The notes under the pieces were generated by a model. The model made no database searches. It saw nothing but the letters and a program-made list of their open reading frames with translations, and was not told the origin of the DNA. Source: Planctomycetia bacterium (lineage in GTDB: Bacteria > Planctomycetota > Planctomycetia > Pirellulales > UBA1268). Taken from it: DNA of 58,805 bases. Each line of letters starts with the position of its first letter. Position 1 is the first letter of the stretch. The stretch covers positions 1-58,805 of the forward strand of contig JBAXUY010000006.1 of the NCBI GenBank assembly GCA_037129475.1, written 5' to 3'. Both the position numbers and the translations under genes were made by a program. Below, piece by piece: positions 1-11,826 of the stretch.

Positions 1-809
1 GCCGTGCCTGGCTCGGCGCCCATCGGGGGCGGGGCGTCGAAGGCCTTGCGGTCCACGCCCGTCGTGCCCCAGCTCGAGCGGAAGACGTCGTTGGCGCAGA
101 TGTCGCAGTTCTCCATCCCCTTGTCGAGCCGGGGGTCGGTGTAGCCCCACTTGGCCTTGAGGTCGAGCAGTTCCTTCGTCTCCTGCTTCGTGAGAAACGT
201 GACGCGGCCGAGGTCCTTGGCGAGCATCAGGATCCGGCAGTAGGCGTCGAGGATCTCGGTCCACCAGTAGGCCTTCTCGACCGTTTCGCCGAAGCTGACG
301 GTGCCGTGGTTGGCGAGGATCACGACGTTCGACTGCTTCACGAACGGCTTGACCGTGTCGGCGAACTTCTGGCCACCGGGGGTCTCGTAGCGCGTGATCG
401 GCACGTCGCCGAGAAACACCTCCACCTCCGGCAACACGCACTGTGGAATCGGCTCGCGGGCCACGGCGAACGCGGTGGCGTGCGGCGGATGGCAGTGCAC
501 GACCGACTTGATGTCGGGCCGCTCCTTCATGATCGTGAGGTGGAGGAGGATCTCGCTCGACCGCTTGCGGTTGCCGGCGATCTGCTTGCCCTCCATGTCG
601 ACGATGCACAGGTCGGAGGGCTTCATGAACCCCTTCGAGATCATCGTCGGCGTGCAGAGCACCTCGTTGGGGCCGAGCCGGAACGAGATGTTGCCGTCGT
701 TGCCGGCCGCGAAGCCCTTGTTGTAGATGCGACGGCCGATGTCGCAGATTTCTTCCTTGAGCTGGTTGAGCGGCTTGCTGCTGGTGGTGCCCTGAACCTT
801 GGTGGCCAT
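1..809 (-). CDS. pvmN: Class II aldolase/adducin family protein (PV-BMC fuculose/rhamnulose-1-phosphate aldolase); 3' end runs off the window
   Basis: Not in the ORF track; translated by hand from ATG at 809 (RBS CAGGAG upstream): MATKVQG...KGFAAGNDGNIS...RSSEILLH...VVHCHPPHATAF...ILANHG, which has the class II aldolase Zn-binding HxH and NHG motifs; sits at the end of the BMC operon. Confidence 0.9.
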   Translation of the reverse strand, partial: MATKVQGTTSSKPLNQLKEEICDIGRRIYNKGFAAGNDGNISFRLGPNEVLCTPTMISKGFMKPSDLCIVDMEGKQIAGNRKRSSEILLHLTIMKERPDIKSVVHCHPPHATAFAVAREPIPQCVLPEVEVFLGDVPITRYETPGGQKFADTVKPFVKQSNVVILANHGTVSFGETVEKAYWWTEILDAYCRILMLAKDLGRVTFLTKQETKELLDLKAKWGYTDPRLDKGMENCDICANDVFRSSWGTTGVDRKAFDAPPPMGAEPGT

Positions 810-946
810 GATTGCTCCTGCGGGAAAACCTGGGTGACGTGCTGGGTGACGGACTGTTTGAATCGCCGGGTATCTGTATTGATTCTGACCCACTTTTCGG
901 GTCGCGGTCGGACTGCGGAAGTTTCGTGTCGGAGGGGTTGTGCGGC

Positions 947-1237
947 TTATCGGGCCTGCGATCCGAGGTCGAGGTGGTCGATCAGGGCCGCGATGTAGGC
1001 GTCGACCGGCTTGTCGAGCGGGCGGAAGGGCTGCGCGGCCTCGCCCCCCTCGCTGAAGGCCACGAGCTGGCCGTCGCCGGCACCGAGGTCGTCCCAGGCC
1101 ACGAGCGGCTCGGCAGGGCCGTCGCCCCGGGCGAGGTCGGCGCCGGAGAGCGGCACGACGAGCTTGAGCACGCCGCCGCGCATCGTGGGATGGGGCTCGA
1201 CGAGCGTCACGGTGCCGATCGTTTTTCCGAGTCGCAT
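947..1237 (-). CDS. EutN/CcmL family BMC pentamer (vertex) protein
   Basis: MRLGKTIGTVT...VAWDDLGAGDGQLV...AYIAALID is the BMC-P pattern; 96 aa. Confidence 0.9.
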   Translation of the reverse strand: MRLGKTIGTVTLVEPHPTMRGGVLKLVVPLSGADLARGDGPAEPLVAWDDLGAGDGQLVAFSEGGEAAQPFRPLDKPVDAYIAALIDHLDLGSQAR

Positions 1238-1246
1238 GGCTGGGGC

Positions 1247-1984
1247 TCAGTGGGTGTGGGTCTTGCAGGCGCAGGGCGTCGGGGCGGCGGCGAGTTCCGT
1301 GGGCGGAACGCCGAGATCGCGGCGCGAGAAGTCGCCGCAGACTCGGTCGAGGCTGACGGCCGAAAACGCCTTCGGGTCGACGACGAGCAGGTTGGCGCCG
1401 CACTCGGCGGCGGCGGCCAGGAGGCCCGCCGCGTCGCGGGCGGTCACTGCCCGGAGGCCTGCGGAGCGATTGGCGAGGACGACGGCCACGGCGGGCCGGC
1501 CGGCGAGCAGGATCGCGCGGGCGCCGTCGCGGGAGGCGTGGAGAGCGATCGCGGCCACGACGTCGGCGAGGCCGGTGGCGGGGAGTTGCTGCGCGGCCGG
1601 GATGCCGCGTGCGAGCGACGCACACCGGGCGGCAGCGTCGCCGCCACACTCGGCATGGGCGATGATGAATGGCCGTGTGGACGCCGGGCCCGCCGGCGTC
1701 GCCTGGCCGCGGACGATTTCGATGCCGGCATCGCGGGCGTGCTCACGGGCCGACGGCGTGACGACGGCCCCGGCAGTCACGACGACGCGGGTCGTGCCGG
1801 TGGGGAGCCGCTCGAGGGCGGCGAGCGTGACCACCTTGTCTGCGACCGCAACACCGCTGGTGCCCTGCGGCTGGCCGTACGACGAGACGGCCGCGGGCGT
1901 CGGGGCTGGGGATGCTGCAGTCACGCCGAGGCGGGCGATCACCTCGGCGACCAGGCGGCGGATGGTTGCGGGATCGTGATTCAT
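1247..1984 (-). CDS. PV-BMC conserved hypothetical protein with N-terminal encapsulation-peptide-like helix and degenerate RpiB/LacAB-like C-terminal domain
   Basis: Start moved to ATG 1984 (overlaps the upstream stop); IRRLVAEVIARLG helix; ...AVVLANRSAGLRAV...GANLLVV resembles the RpiB ANKxxGIRAA...NANVL segment. Confidence 0.7.
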   Translation of the reverse strand: MNHDPATIRRLVAEVIARLGVTAASPAPTPAAVSSYGQPQGTSGVAVADKVVTLAALERLPTGTTRVVVTAGAVVTPSAREHARDAGIEIVRGQATPAGPASTRPFIIAHAECGGDAAARCASLARGIPAAQQLPATGLADVVAAIALHASRDGARAILLAGRPAVAVVLANRSAGLRAVTARDAAGLLAAAAECGANLLVVDPKAFSAVSLDRVCGDFSRRDLGVPPTELAAAPTPCACKTHTH

Positions 1985-2250
1985 GTGGTGACGGTGTCGA
2001 TGAGGGCCACGGTGCTCCACCGGGCCGGCGTGGCGTCGGACTTGAGCACGTCGCGCAGGAGGCGCCCGTCGCTCGTGATCATCACGAGATCGCCGGTGGC
2101 AGCGGCGACGGTGTCGATGGCCAGTTGCGGGTCGCCGTCGGGCGTCGCGCGGTCGGCCATGAGGGGCTGCACGACGAACAGCGTCGCACCCGTGAGCGAC
2201 GGATGCTTCACGGTGGCGGTGGCGGTGCCGAGGATGCGGGCGAGTTGCAT
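1981..2250 (-). CDS. EutN/CcmL family BMC pentamer protein
   Basis: C-terminal 89 aa of track ORF 1981..2709: MQLARILGTATATVKHPSLTG...AIDTVAAATGDLVMITSDG...VALID. Confidence 0.9.
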   Translation of the reverse strand: MQLARILGTATATVKHPSLTGATLFVVQPLMADRATPDGDPQLAIDTVAAATGDLVMITSDGRLLRDVLKSDATPARWSTVALIDTVTT

Positions 2251-2252
2251 GG

Positions 2253-3716
2253 TCAAGTGCTCGCGCTGCCGAGGATGTGGAGGTCGTCGACGAGCGTGCA
2301 GCGGCGCTGACGCGTGAACGTGAGCGGCGTGGTCACGCCCTCGCCCGTGGGCGTGGCGATGGAGAACGACAAATACCCTTCGCCGCCGAGGCCGAGGCCG
2401 GCGACGCTCGGGCCGTTCTTCACGAACAGGGTCGTGTCGAGCAGCCGGCCCATCCGCGTCATCGTGCGGACGTTGTTGGAGTGGATGATCGCCGTGTGGC
2501 GGAAGCCGTGCTCGCTCTCGTGGGCCCGTGCGATGGCTTCGTCCACGTCCTTGCAACGCACGAAGGGCAGGAACGGCATCATCTGCTCGGTGGGCACGAA
2601 CGGGTTGTCGTTGTCCGTCTCGCCGAACACCAGCTCGAGCCCGTCGCGGGCCGGCGCGCCGGCGGCCTGCGCCAGGAGCGTCGCGTCCTTGCCGAGCAGA
2701 TCCTTGCACGGCACCCAGTGGCGATGGGCGCCTTCGCCCGTCATCACGATGGCCCGCTTCGTCAGGGCATCGACCTGCGAGGCCGAGAGCTGCAGGGCGC
2801 CGGCCTTCTCCATCGCGGCCATCATCCTGTCGAACACGCTCGCCACCACGAACACCTGCTTCTCGCCGATGCAGAGGAGATTGTTGTCATAGGCGGCACC
2901 CGCGATGATCGAACGGGCCGCGTTGTCGAGGTCGGCCGTGTCGTCCACGACGACCGGTGGGTTGCCGGGGCCGGCCACGATCGCTCGCTTGGGCGACTGG
3001 AGAGCCGCCTTTGCCACGGCGGGGCCGCCGGTGACGCAGATCAGCTTGATGCCGCGGTGGTTGAACAGGGCCCCCGCCGACTCGAGCGTGGGCTCCGCGA
3101 TCAGGCTGATCAGGTTGTCGATGCCGATGTCGCGATGGATCGCCTGGTTGAACCGGCGCACGCCCTCCGCGGCGATCTTCCGGCCGCTGGGGTGCGGATT
3201 GACCACCACCGTATTGCCGCCGGCGATCATGTTGATCGCGTTGCAGGCGATCGTGGGGAGCGAGTGGGTGACCGGGGTGATCGCGGCGATGGGGCCGAAC
3301 GGGGCGTGCTCGATCACGGCCAGGCCGCGGTCGCCGCTGAAGACCTCGCTCGTCATGAACTCCACGCCCGGCACCTTCTCGCCGAGCACTTTGAGCTTTT
3401 CGATCTTGTGGTCGAGCCGGCCGATCTTCGTCTCCGCAAACTCCATCCGGCCGAGTTCCTCGGCGTCGTCGATGGCGATCCGGCGGATGTGGGCGATGGC
3501 CTTCTTGCGGCCTTCGATGCCGAGCTTCTCCAACTGCTCGAAGGCTTCCTGGGCCGCGCGAACGGCCTCGTCGACGCTGCCATGCACGCCGTGCGCCCCG
3601 GTGAACGAGCCGGTCTGGCTGGATGCGTGAGAGGCGGGCGGAGCCGAGGCGTTGACGGCCAGTTCGGCGATGACTTGGCGGACTATTTGAGCGATATCGG
3701 GGGTGGCGGTGGACAT
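2253..3716 (-). CDS. pvmJ: CoA-acylating aldehyde dehydrogenase (EutE/PduP type), BMC core enzyme
   Basis: PFGPIAAITPVT, TGGPAV, AGPGNPPVVVD, FDNN-like YDNNLLCIGEK, EQMMP and TPTGEG motifs; N-terminal encapsulation peptide IAQIVRQVIAEL. Confidence 0.95.
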   Translation of the reverse strand: MSTATPDIAQIVRQVIAELAVNASAPPASHASSQTGSFTGAHGVHGSVDEAVRAAQEAFEQLEKLGIEGRKKAIAHIRRIAIDDAEELGRMEFAETKIGRLDHKIEKLKVLGEKVPGVEFMTSEVFSGDRGLAVIEHAPFGPIAAITPVTHSLPTIACNAINMIAGGNTVVVNPHPSGRKIAAEGVRRFNQAIHRDIGIDNLISLIAEPTLESAGALFNHRGIKLICVTGGPAVAKAALQSPKRAIVAGPGNPPVVVDDTADLDNAARSIIAGAAYDNNLLCIGEKQVFVVASVFDRMMAAMEKAGALQLSASQVDALTKRAIVMTGEGAHRHWVPCKDLLGKDATLLAQAAGAPARDGLELVFGETDNDNPFVPTEQMMPFLPFVRCKDVDEAIARAHESEHGFRHTAIIHSNNVRTMTRMGRLLDTTLFVKNGPSVAGLGLGGEGYLSFSIATPTGEGVTTPLTFTRQRRCTLVDDLHILGSAST

Positions 3717-3739
3717 GAGGGTGTGGGTTCCGGGGATCT

Positions 3740-3761
3740 GACAGGCTGAAGCCCGTCCTAC
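3740..3761 (-). repeat. GTAG-type REP-like hairpin whose TAG is the stop codon of the upstream eutN-like gene
   Basis: Minus strand reads GTAG-GACGGGC-TTCA-GCCTGTC. Confidence 0.65.
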
Positions 3762-4063
3762 TTCTTGAAGATTTCTTTGCCTTCGATGCGGACGGTGTCG
3801 ACGAGGCCGATGACCACGGCGTCGATCGGCAGGGACTTCGTTTCGGGCGTGAGCCGGGCGCTCGAGCCCTGCGTGACGAGGACGAACTGCCCCTCGCCGG
3901 CGCCGAGCGTGTCGACGGCGATGAACGTGCGGCCGGTCGAGACGAACCGGTCGCGGTTCTTCTCATCGAGCCGGTAGGGCTCGACGACGAGCATCTTGTG
4001 ACCCGTCATCGACGCGGTCTTCTGCGTGGCCACGACCGATCCGGTCACCAGGGCGACGAACAT
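3758..4063 (-). CDS. EutN/CcmL family BMC pentamer protein
   Basis: MFVALVTGSVVATQK...AVDTLGAGEGQFVLVTQGSSAR...PIDAVVIGLVD; its ATG overlaps the ackA stop (TGATG). Confidence 0.95.
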   Translation of the reverse strand: MFVALVTGSVVATQKTASMTGHKMLVVEPYRLDEKNRDRFVSTGRTFIAVDTLGAGEGQFVLVTQGSSARLTPETKSLPIDAVVIGLVDTVRIEGKEIFKK

Positions 4064-5307
4064 CAGCCACCATTCCTTTCCGAGTGCAAACCTGTTGCGG
4101 AGCCGGCCAGCAGATCGCGCGTCTGCCGGGCCACGATCAGCTCTTCGTTCGTGGGAATCACCCACACCTTCACCCGTGCGGACGCGGCGCCGATCGCGCG
4201 CTCGCCGCCGGTCTTCACCTCGTTGGCCGCGGCATCGATCACAATCCCGAGATCAGCCAGGCCCGCGAGCACCGCCGCCCGGGTCAGCCGCGAGTTTTCG
4301 CCGATACCTCCCGCGAACGCGATGCAATCGAGCCCGCCGAGCTCCACGATGCCGGCCCCCAGCCAGTGCCGGATCGACGCCACGTAGACGTCGATGGCCG
4401 TCTGTGCCCGGCGGTTCCCGGCCGCGGCAGCCTCCTCGAGATCCCGCATGTCGCCCGACGTGCCCGACATTCCGGCAAGGCCGGCCTTGCCTGAGAGCTC
4501 CACGAGCAACTCCTCGAATCCCCGGCCCGTCTGCTTGGCGACGTGCAGGAGCGCGAAGGGGTCGAAGTCGCCGGCCCGGTTGTTCTGGGGCAGGCCCGAC
4601 TGCGGGCTCATCCCCATCGACGTGCCCACGCTCTTGCCATCCCTGATCCAGCACACGCTGCTCGAGCCGCCCAAGTGGCAGGAGATCGCCCGCAGCGGCT
4701 GCTTCGCCGCCACGAGCTCCGTCACCCTGGTCGCCACGAACCGATGGCTCGCCCCGTGAAAGCCCCACCGCCGCACGAGATGCTTCTCCACCCAGTCGGT
4801 CGGCACCGCGTAGAGCGCGTTGCGTTCCGGAATGGTGGCGTGGAAGCCGGTCTCGAACGCCGCCACGAGAGGCACCTGCGGGAGGCGTTCCCCCAGGAGC
4901 CGCATCGCCTTCACATAGGGCGGGTTGTGGGCCGGGGCCACCGCCGCCATCTCCTCCATCGCGGCGAGGACATCCGGGCCGACCCGCACGACGCCGCTCA
5001 CGCGGCCACCGTGCACGGCCTTGAAGCCCACCGCCGCCACCTCGTCGACGCTCGTCAGGGGACCGCCCTCCGCCGTCAGTTGCTCGAGCGCCGCCGTGAG
5101 GGCCACGGCGTGGTCGGGCACAGGCATCACGGTTTCCAGGTTCGCGGAGCCGGCCGTGGCATAGACGCGGCTTTCCGCCGCGCCGATGCGTTCGACGCCC
5201 CCCCGCGCAAGCTCCCGTTCACCGCCGGTCGAGCCCGCCGTTGCAGGCAGGTCGAACAGCCGGTACTTGAAGCTCGTGGACCCGAGATTTGCGACGAGGA
5301 CTTTCAC
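4063..5307 (-). CDS. ackA: Acetate/propionate family kinase
   Basis: VANLGSTSFKY, AVHGG, APAHNP, WGFHGASH, HLGGSSS and FAGGIGEN motifs; GGAG lies 5 nt before GTG 5307 (alternative start 5313). Confidence 0.92.
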   Translation of the reverse strand: MKVLVANLGSTSFKYRLFDLPATAGSTGGERELARGGVERIGAAESRVYATAGSANLETVMPVPDHAVALTAALEQLTAEGGPLTSVDEVAAVGFKAVHGGRVSGVVRVGPDVLAAMEEMAAVAPAHNPPYVKAMRLLGERLPQVPLVAAFETGFHATIPERNALYAVPTDWVEKHLVRRWGFHGASHRFVATRVTELVAAKQPLRAISCHLGGSSSVCWIRDGKSVGTSMGMSPQSGLPQNNRAGDFDPFALLHVAKQTGRGFEELLVELSGKAGLAGMSGTSGDMRDLEEAAAAGNRRAQTAIDVYVASIRHWLGAGIVELGGLDCIAFAGGIGENSRLTRAAVLAGLADLGIVIDAAANEVKTGGERAIGAASARVKVWVIPTNEELIVARQTRDLLAGSATGLHSERNGG

Positions 5308-5367
5308 AATCACTCCAAACGTTTCCGGCCACCCCCCACACCATGGATGGCTGGGGAAGGCGTGAAA

Positions 5368-5637
5368 CTAGCTAAAAAAGGCTGCGACGAGCGAGTCGGC
5401 CGGCCGCGGGATGACGTGGCTGGCGACGAGCTCGCCCACCTGCTGGGCCGCGTTGGCACCGGCCTCGACGGCCGCCCGCACGCTGCCCACGTCACCCTGC
5501 ACGACCGTCGCCACGTAGGCGTTGCCGATGCTGACGCGCTTCAGAATCTTCACGTTGGCCGCCTTGGCCATCGCGTCGGTGGCCTCGACGAGGCCCACGA
5601 GTCCCTTGGTTTCCAGAAGTCCGATCGCCGTATTCAT
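5368..5637 (-). CDS. BMC hexamer shell protein (PF00936)
   Basis: MNTAIGLLETKG...DAMAKAANV...GDVGSVRAAVEAG...HVIPRP; 89 aa. Confidence 0.95.
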   Translation of the reverse strand: MNTAIGLLETKGLVGLVEATDAMAKAANVKILKRVSIGNAYVATVVQGDVGSVRAAVEAGANAAQQVGELVASHVIPRPADSLVAAFFS

Positions 5638-5733
5638 GAAATGGTCCTGTGAAAAAGAGGTTGAACTATCGATCCGTGTCGCAAGAGGTTTCGCGACCCG
5701 TTTTGCACTCCGTGTTGTTCTGCTGCGAGCCAT

Positions 5734-6027
5734 TTACGCCTGGGCGGGCAGGACGATGCCGATGTCCTCGTGCGGACGGGCGATCACCTGCACGCTCACC
5801 ACATCACCGATCCGGCCGCCGGCCGCCGCACCCGCGTCGGTCGCCGCCTTCACCGCGGCCACGTCGCCCGAGACGAACGCCGTCACGAGTCCGCTGCCGA
5901 TCTTGTCCCAGCCGATGAAGGTGACGTTCGCCGCCTTCATCATCGCGTCGACCGCTTCGACGAGCGTGACGAACCCCTTCACCTCGATCATGCCGAGGGC
6001 TTCCACGTTCTTCGCCATCTGTTGCAT
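5734..6027 (-). CDS. BMC hexamer shell protein (PF00936)
   Basis: ALGMIEVKG...DAMMKAANV...[13 protein letters not shown]...VIARPH; RBS CAGGAG. Confidence 0.95.
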   Translation of the reverse strand: MQQMAKNVEALGMIEVKGFVTLVEAVDAMMKAANVTFIGWDKIGSGLVTAFVSGDVAAVKAATDAGAAAGGRIGDVVSVQVIARPHEDIGIVLPAQA

Positions 6028-6144
6028 CGCTCCTGTTTTCGTTCTCCATCATCCGCCGCAGGCTGCCCCGCGGTGACCGCACCGGCACGCGCCGGCAGGA
6101 CGGTCGAATGTCTTTCGTGGCGAGCGTGAGGCTCGCCACCCGTG

Positions 6145-6879
6145 TCATGTCTGTTTCAAAAGTTCGACACCTTCCGCATGATCGAGGTCGGCCGCGTTTC
6201 CCTCATCGGTGTCGATGTGCACCTCGAGCTTGCTCGTGGCATCGGCCCGCACGAGCAGGTTGCGAAACACCGTGCCGCACGAGCCCTTGATCAGGAGGCT
6301 CATGCGGTCGCCGTCCTTGACGCCGAAGTGCTCGGCGTCGGCAAAGCTCATATGCACGTGCCGCTCGGCCCGGATCACACCCTCGGCAAGCTCGACGGCG
6401 CCGGCAGGGCCTACGAGCACGCAGCCGGGGGTGCCGGTGATCTTGCCGCTGGGCCGCACCGGCAGGTCGATGCCGAGCGAAATGCCGTCCGTGAAGGCGA
6501 GTTCCACCTGCGACGCCTTGCGGGTCGGCCCGAGCACACGCACGGTTGGCAGCATCTTCCGCTTGGGGCCGACGAGCATCACGGTCTGCTCGGCGGCATA
6601 GAAGCCGTCTTGGTAAAGATTTTTGTGTGGCGTGAGCTTCTGCCCCGGCCCGAAGAGCCGCTCGACGTGCTCGTCGGTGAGATGACAGTGCCGGGCGGAA
6701 ATGCTGACGACGAGTTTTGGCTCGGCGCCGCGTGTCTGTCCCGGGCTGGCAGCCTGCGACGGCGGCACACCATGCGAGCGCAGCACGATTTCGCGGACGA
6801 TCCGCTCGACACCCGTGCGGTCGAGGCCGGCGGGCAGAGCGAGCGATGCGGAACTGGTGGAAGACAAAATGGTGGTCAT
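6145..6879 (-). CDS. pduL: Phosphate propanoyltransferase (PduL-type phosphotransacylase)
   Basis: SARHCHL, VRVLGP.R..SQVE, RHVHM and HIDTDEGNA motifs; N-terminal helix [10 protein letters not shown]. Confidence 0.95.
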   Translation of the reverse strand: MTTILSSTSSASLALPAGLDRTGVERIVREIVLRSHGVPPSQAASPGQTRGAEPKLVVSISARHCHLTDEHVERLFGPGQKLTPHKNLYQDGFYAAEQTVMLVGPKRKMLPTVRVLGPTRKASQVELAFTDGISLGIDLPVRPSGKITGTPGCVLVGPAGAVELAEGVIRAERHVHMSFADAEHFGVKDGDRMSLLIKGSCGTVFRNLLVRADATSKLEVHIDTDEGNAADLDHAEGVELLKQT

Positions 6880-7691
6880 GCAGGACGATTCCGGCGAGGA
6901 AGAGACGCGGGCGGCATGGCATCGGCGTCGGGCACGGGCGTGACGACGAGCTGGGCCCCGGCCTTGGCGATCGTGTCGCGCCAGGCGGGGGAGAGTCCGT
7001 CATCGGAAACGAACACGTTGATCGAGGAGAGCCCCGACACGAGGGTCAGGCTCTTGCGGCCAAACTTGGAGCTGTCGGCGACGACGATCACGCGGCCGGC
7101 CGCCTTGAGCATCGCCTGCTCGGTTTCCGCGAGCAGGAGGTGGGCGTTGAAGAGGCCCTCTTCGGAGATGCCGGCCGCCGAGAGCACCGTGGTGGTGACG
7201 TGGAGCCGGCCGAGCAGCTCGTTGGCGTAAGGGCCGAGGCACACGCCGGTGCGGGGCGAGACGTAGCCACCGAGGAGCACGAGGTCGGTACGGGCTTCCG
7301 ATGCGAACAGATTCGCGACGGGCAGGCTGTTGGTGACGACCTGGAGCGAGCGGCCGACGAGCAGTCGCGCTACCTCGTATGTGGTCGTGCCGCCGTCGAG
7401 GAGCACCGTCTCGCCGTCGCCGACGATCTCGGCTGCCTTGGCCGCGATCGCGCGTTTGGCAGCCCAGTTCGCCGGCTGCCGCTCGTCGAATTCGGCGAGC
7501 CTGGGCATGCCTCCGGAATAGAGGACGCCACCATGCGTGCGCTTCGCCGAGCCCTGTTCTTCGAGGGCGTCGAGGTCGCGCCGGACCGTCGACTCCGACA
7601 CGCCCAGTTCTCGCACGAGTTCGTCCAGGGCCGCGAATCCGCGGATCCGGATGAGGTCGAGAAGGCGGCTGCGGCGTTCATGGTTTTGCAC
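6876..7691 (-). CDS. DeoR/GlpR family transcriptional regulator, first gene of the BMC operon
   Basis: [41 protein letters not shown]. Confidence 0.95.
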   Translation of the reverse strand: MQNHERRSRLLDLIRIRGFAALDELVRELGVSESTVRRDLDALEEQGSAKRTHGGVLYSGGMPRLAEFDERQPANWAAKRAIAAKAAEIVGDGETVLLDGGTTTYEVARLLVGRSLQVVTNSLPVANLFASEARTDLVLLGGYVSPRTGVCLGPYANELLGRLHVTTTVLSAAGISEEGLFNAHLLLAETEQAMLKAAGRVIVVADSSKFGRKSLTLVSGLSSINVFVSDDGLSPAWRDTIAKAGAQLVVTPVPDADAMPPASLPRRNRPA

Positions 7692-7713
7692 GGTTCAGCT
7701 TCCTGCGTGCCCT

Positions 7714-7741
7714 ATTATGATCAAAACCCTATCGTTTTCAA
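7714..7741 (-). promoter_or_regulatory. Putative sigma70 promoter of the BMC operon with an overlapping imperfect palindrome (candidate DeoR operator)
   Basis: Minus strand TTGAAA-16 nt-CATAAT; plus strand TCAAAAC-N6-GTTTTCA at 7721-7740. Confidence 0.45.
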
Positions 7742-7899
7742 GCGTTTCGTAAGTGGTTTGTGGCAACTATCTGTCAATCCGCGATCGCTCAGGGAGCGGA
7801 AACGCGCAAGTCCATGCGGGCCATGAACTTGTGGCGATTGCGGGGAATTTGCGGCCGCGGCACGCAGGTGGCTAACGGCTGATCGCCTCCCCCCGCCGC

Positions 7900-8054
7900 G
7901 TACGTCCAGACTGGTAGTCCGCATCCGTTAGCCATCTAGCCATCCCGCAGAGTGCAACTCTGCGGCTACGGGCTGGAGGCCGCCTCTGCCGTGTAGGTGC
8001 AGACTGGTAGTCTGCACCCGGTAGCGGTCCCGCAGAGTGCCACTTTGCCGCTAC
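7900..8054. repeat. Two tandem convergent REP pairs (BIME/REPIN-like): type A GTAG-GTGCAGACT-N3-AGTCTGCAC on plus, type B GTAG-CCGCAGAGT-N3-ACTCTGCGG on minus
   Basis: Unit 1 at 7900-7969 (A degenerate, B perfect); unit 2 at 7993-8054 (A perfect, B near-perfect). Confidence 0.7.
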
Positions 8055-8085
8055 AAAGGTCGGCAATGGTTGTCATGGAGGAGAC

Positions 8086-8622
8086 GTGGGTGTCTGGCGA
8101 TTTTCCCTTCCCGTTGGTTGTTTTGCGGCAGCGAACTGCCCGGGATCGCGCGTGGACGTGGCAGACCCGGTGGCGGACAGGGCGGCCTGCGCCGATCTCT
8201 GCGACCGCTGCGCCGCCCATCCGTGCAGTGGGGAGCCGGTGCCCAAGAGCCTGGCAGCAGAGCTCCGCTCGCGGCCCGGTCGAGCCGTGCTGGGCTGGGT
8301 GGCACGTCCGGTTGCCCCGTCCGACGGGCGGCTCGTGCTGGGGTTCGTCACGCTGGTGATCGTGTCGGGGCCGCCCGCGGAGCGATTCTCGCTTGGCTGG
8401 CTCGTCGTGGATCCCGCGTTCAGGCACCGAGGTGTCGGGCGGGCGCTCGTCGCCCGGGCGATGCATGAGGCGAGCGGCTTGGGCGCCGCCGAGATTCACG
8501 TCGAAACGCTCGACAGCTGGCCTGCGGCAGTGGCCTTCTGGCAGGCGACGCAGTTGGCGGCCCAGCAGGCGGTGGCTAGACTTCAAGCGTCAGGAGAGAG
8601 TCGCAAGACCGCCGAAGGCTGA
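8086..8622 (+). CDS. GNAT family N-acetyltransferase, possibly altered at the C-terminus
   Basis: Acetyl-CoA motif [18 protein letters not shown]; GGAGGAG RBS before GTG; the last ~11 codons overlap the riboswitch. Confidence 0.7.
   Translation: MGVWRFSLPVGCFAAANCPGSRVDVADPVADRAACADLCDRCAAHPCSGEPVPKSLAAELRSRPGRAVLGWVARPVAPSDGRLVLGFVTLVIVSGPPAERFSLGWLVVDPAFRHRGVGRALVARAMHEASGLGAAEIHVETLDSWPAAVAFWQATQLAAQQAVARLQASGESRKTAEG
8554..8582 (+). promoter_or_regulatory. Putative sigma70 promoter for the riboswitch-gcvP transcript
   Basis: TTGGCG-17 nt-TAGACT; the predicted start (~8588) coincides with the first base of aptamer 1. Confidence 0.55.
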
Positions 8623-8750
8623 ACGCTCAGGCAAAAGTACTGACGACACACACTGTTGGAGAGTGACGCGGTCCTCCGGAATCGCGTCCACCGAAGGGGC
8701 AACCCGCGAATTGGAGTTCGCGGCGAATCTCTCAGGTTCCAGGACAACAG
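8588..8750 (+). ncRNA. Tandem glycine riboswitch (two aptamers)
   Basis: Aptamer 1 at 8588-8645: CGTCAG/GGAGAG...CGCCGAAGG...CTCAGGCAAAAGTA/CTGACG. Aptamer 2 at 8653-8750: CTGTT-GGAGAG...CACCGAAGGGGCAA...CTCTCAGG...ACAACAG. Directly upstream of gcvP. Confidence 0.92.
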
Positions 8751-8800
8751 GGTTCCAAGGGCGCCGGCTTTGTCGGCGCCGCCATCGCGGAGCCCTCCCC

Positions 8801-11725
<2,925 letters not shown>

Positions 11726-11745
11726 CAGCGCCTGCCTCTCCCCTC

Positions 11746-11826
11746 GTAGGTGCAGACTGCCAGTCTGCACACGGCGGCGCGCGGTGGAGCCTGGCCGAAT
11801 TCTGCGGAGTACCACTCTACGGCTAA
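11746..11826. repeat. Third A/B REP pair, between convergent gcvP and rhamnosidase genes
   Basis: GTAG-GTGCAGACTG-C-CAGTCTGCAC at 11746-11770; degenerate B copy at 11802-11826 whose TTAG contains the rhamnosidase stop. Confidence 0.65.

Noticed and set aside
306-3749. Long plus-strand ORFs over the BMC operon (306..998, 812..2317, 2277..3749)
   Set aside because: Antisense shadows of well-supported minus-strand genes
6117-6139. Perfect 9-bp hairpin GTGGCGAGC-GTGAG-GCTCGCCAC after pduL
   Set aside because: No U-tract and mid-operon, so not called a terminator; at most an mRNA processing or stability stem
7772-7777. Perfect TTGACA on the minus strand upstream of the DeoR gene
   Set aside because: No convincing -10 at 16-18 nt spacing
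8393-8800. 136-aa N-terminal extension of GcvP given by the ORF track
   Set aside because: Overlaps the GNAT gene and the riboswitch; GcvP homology starts after ATG 8801
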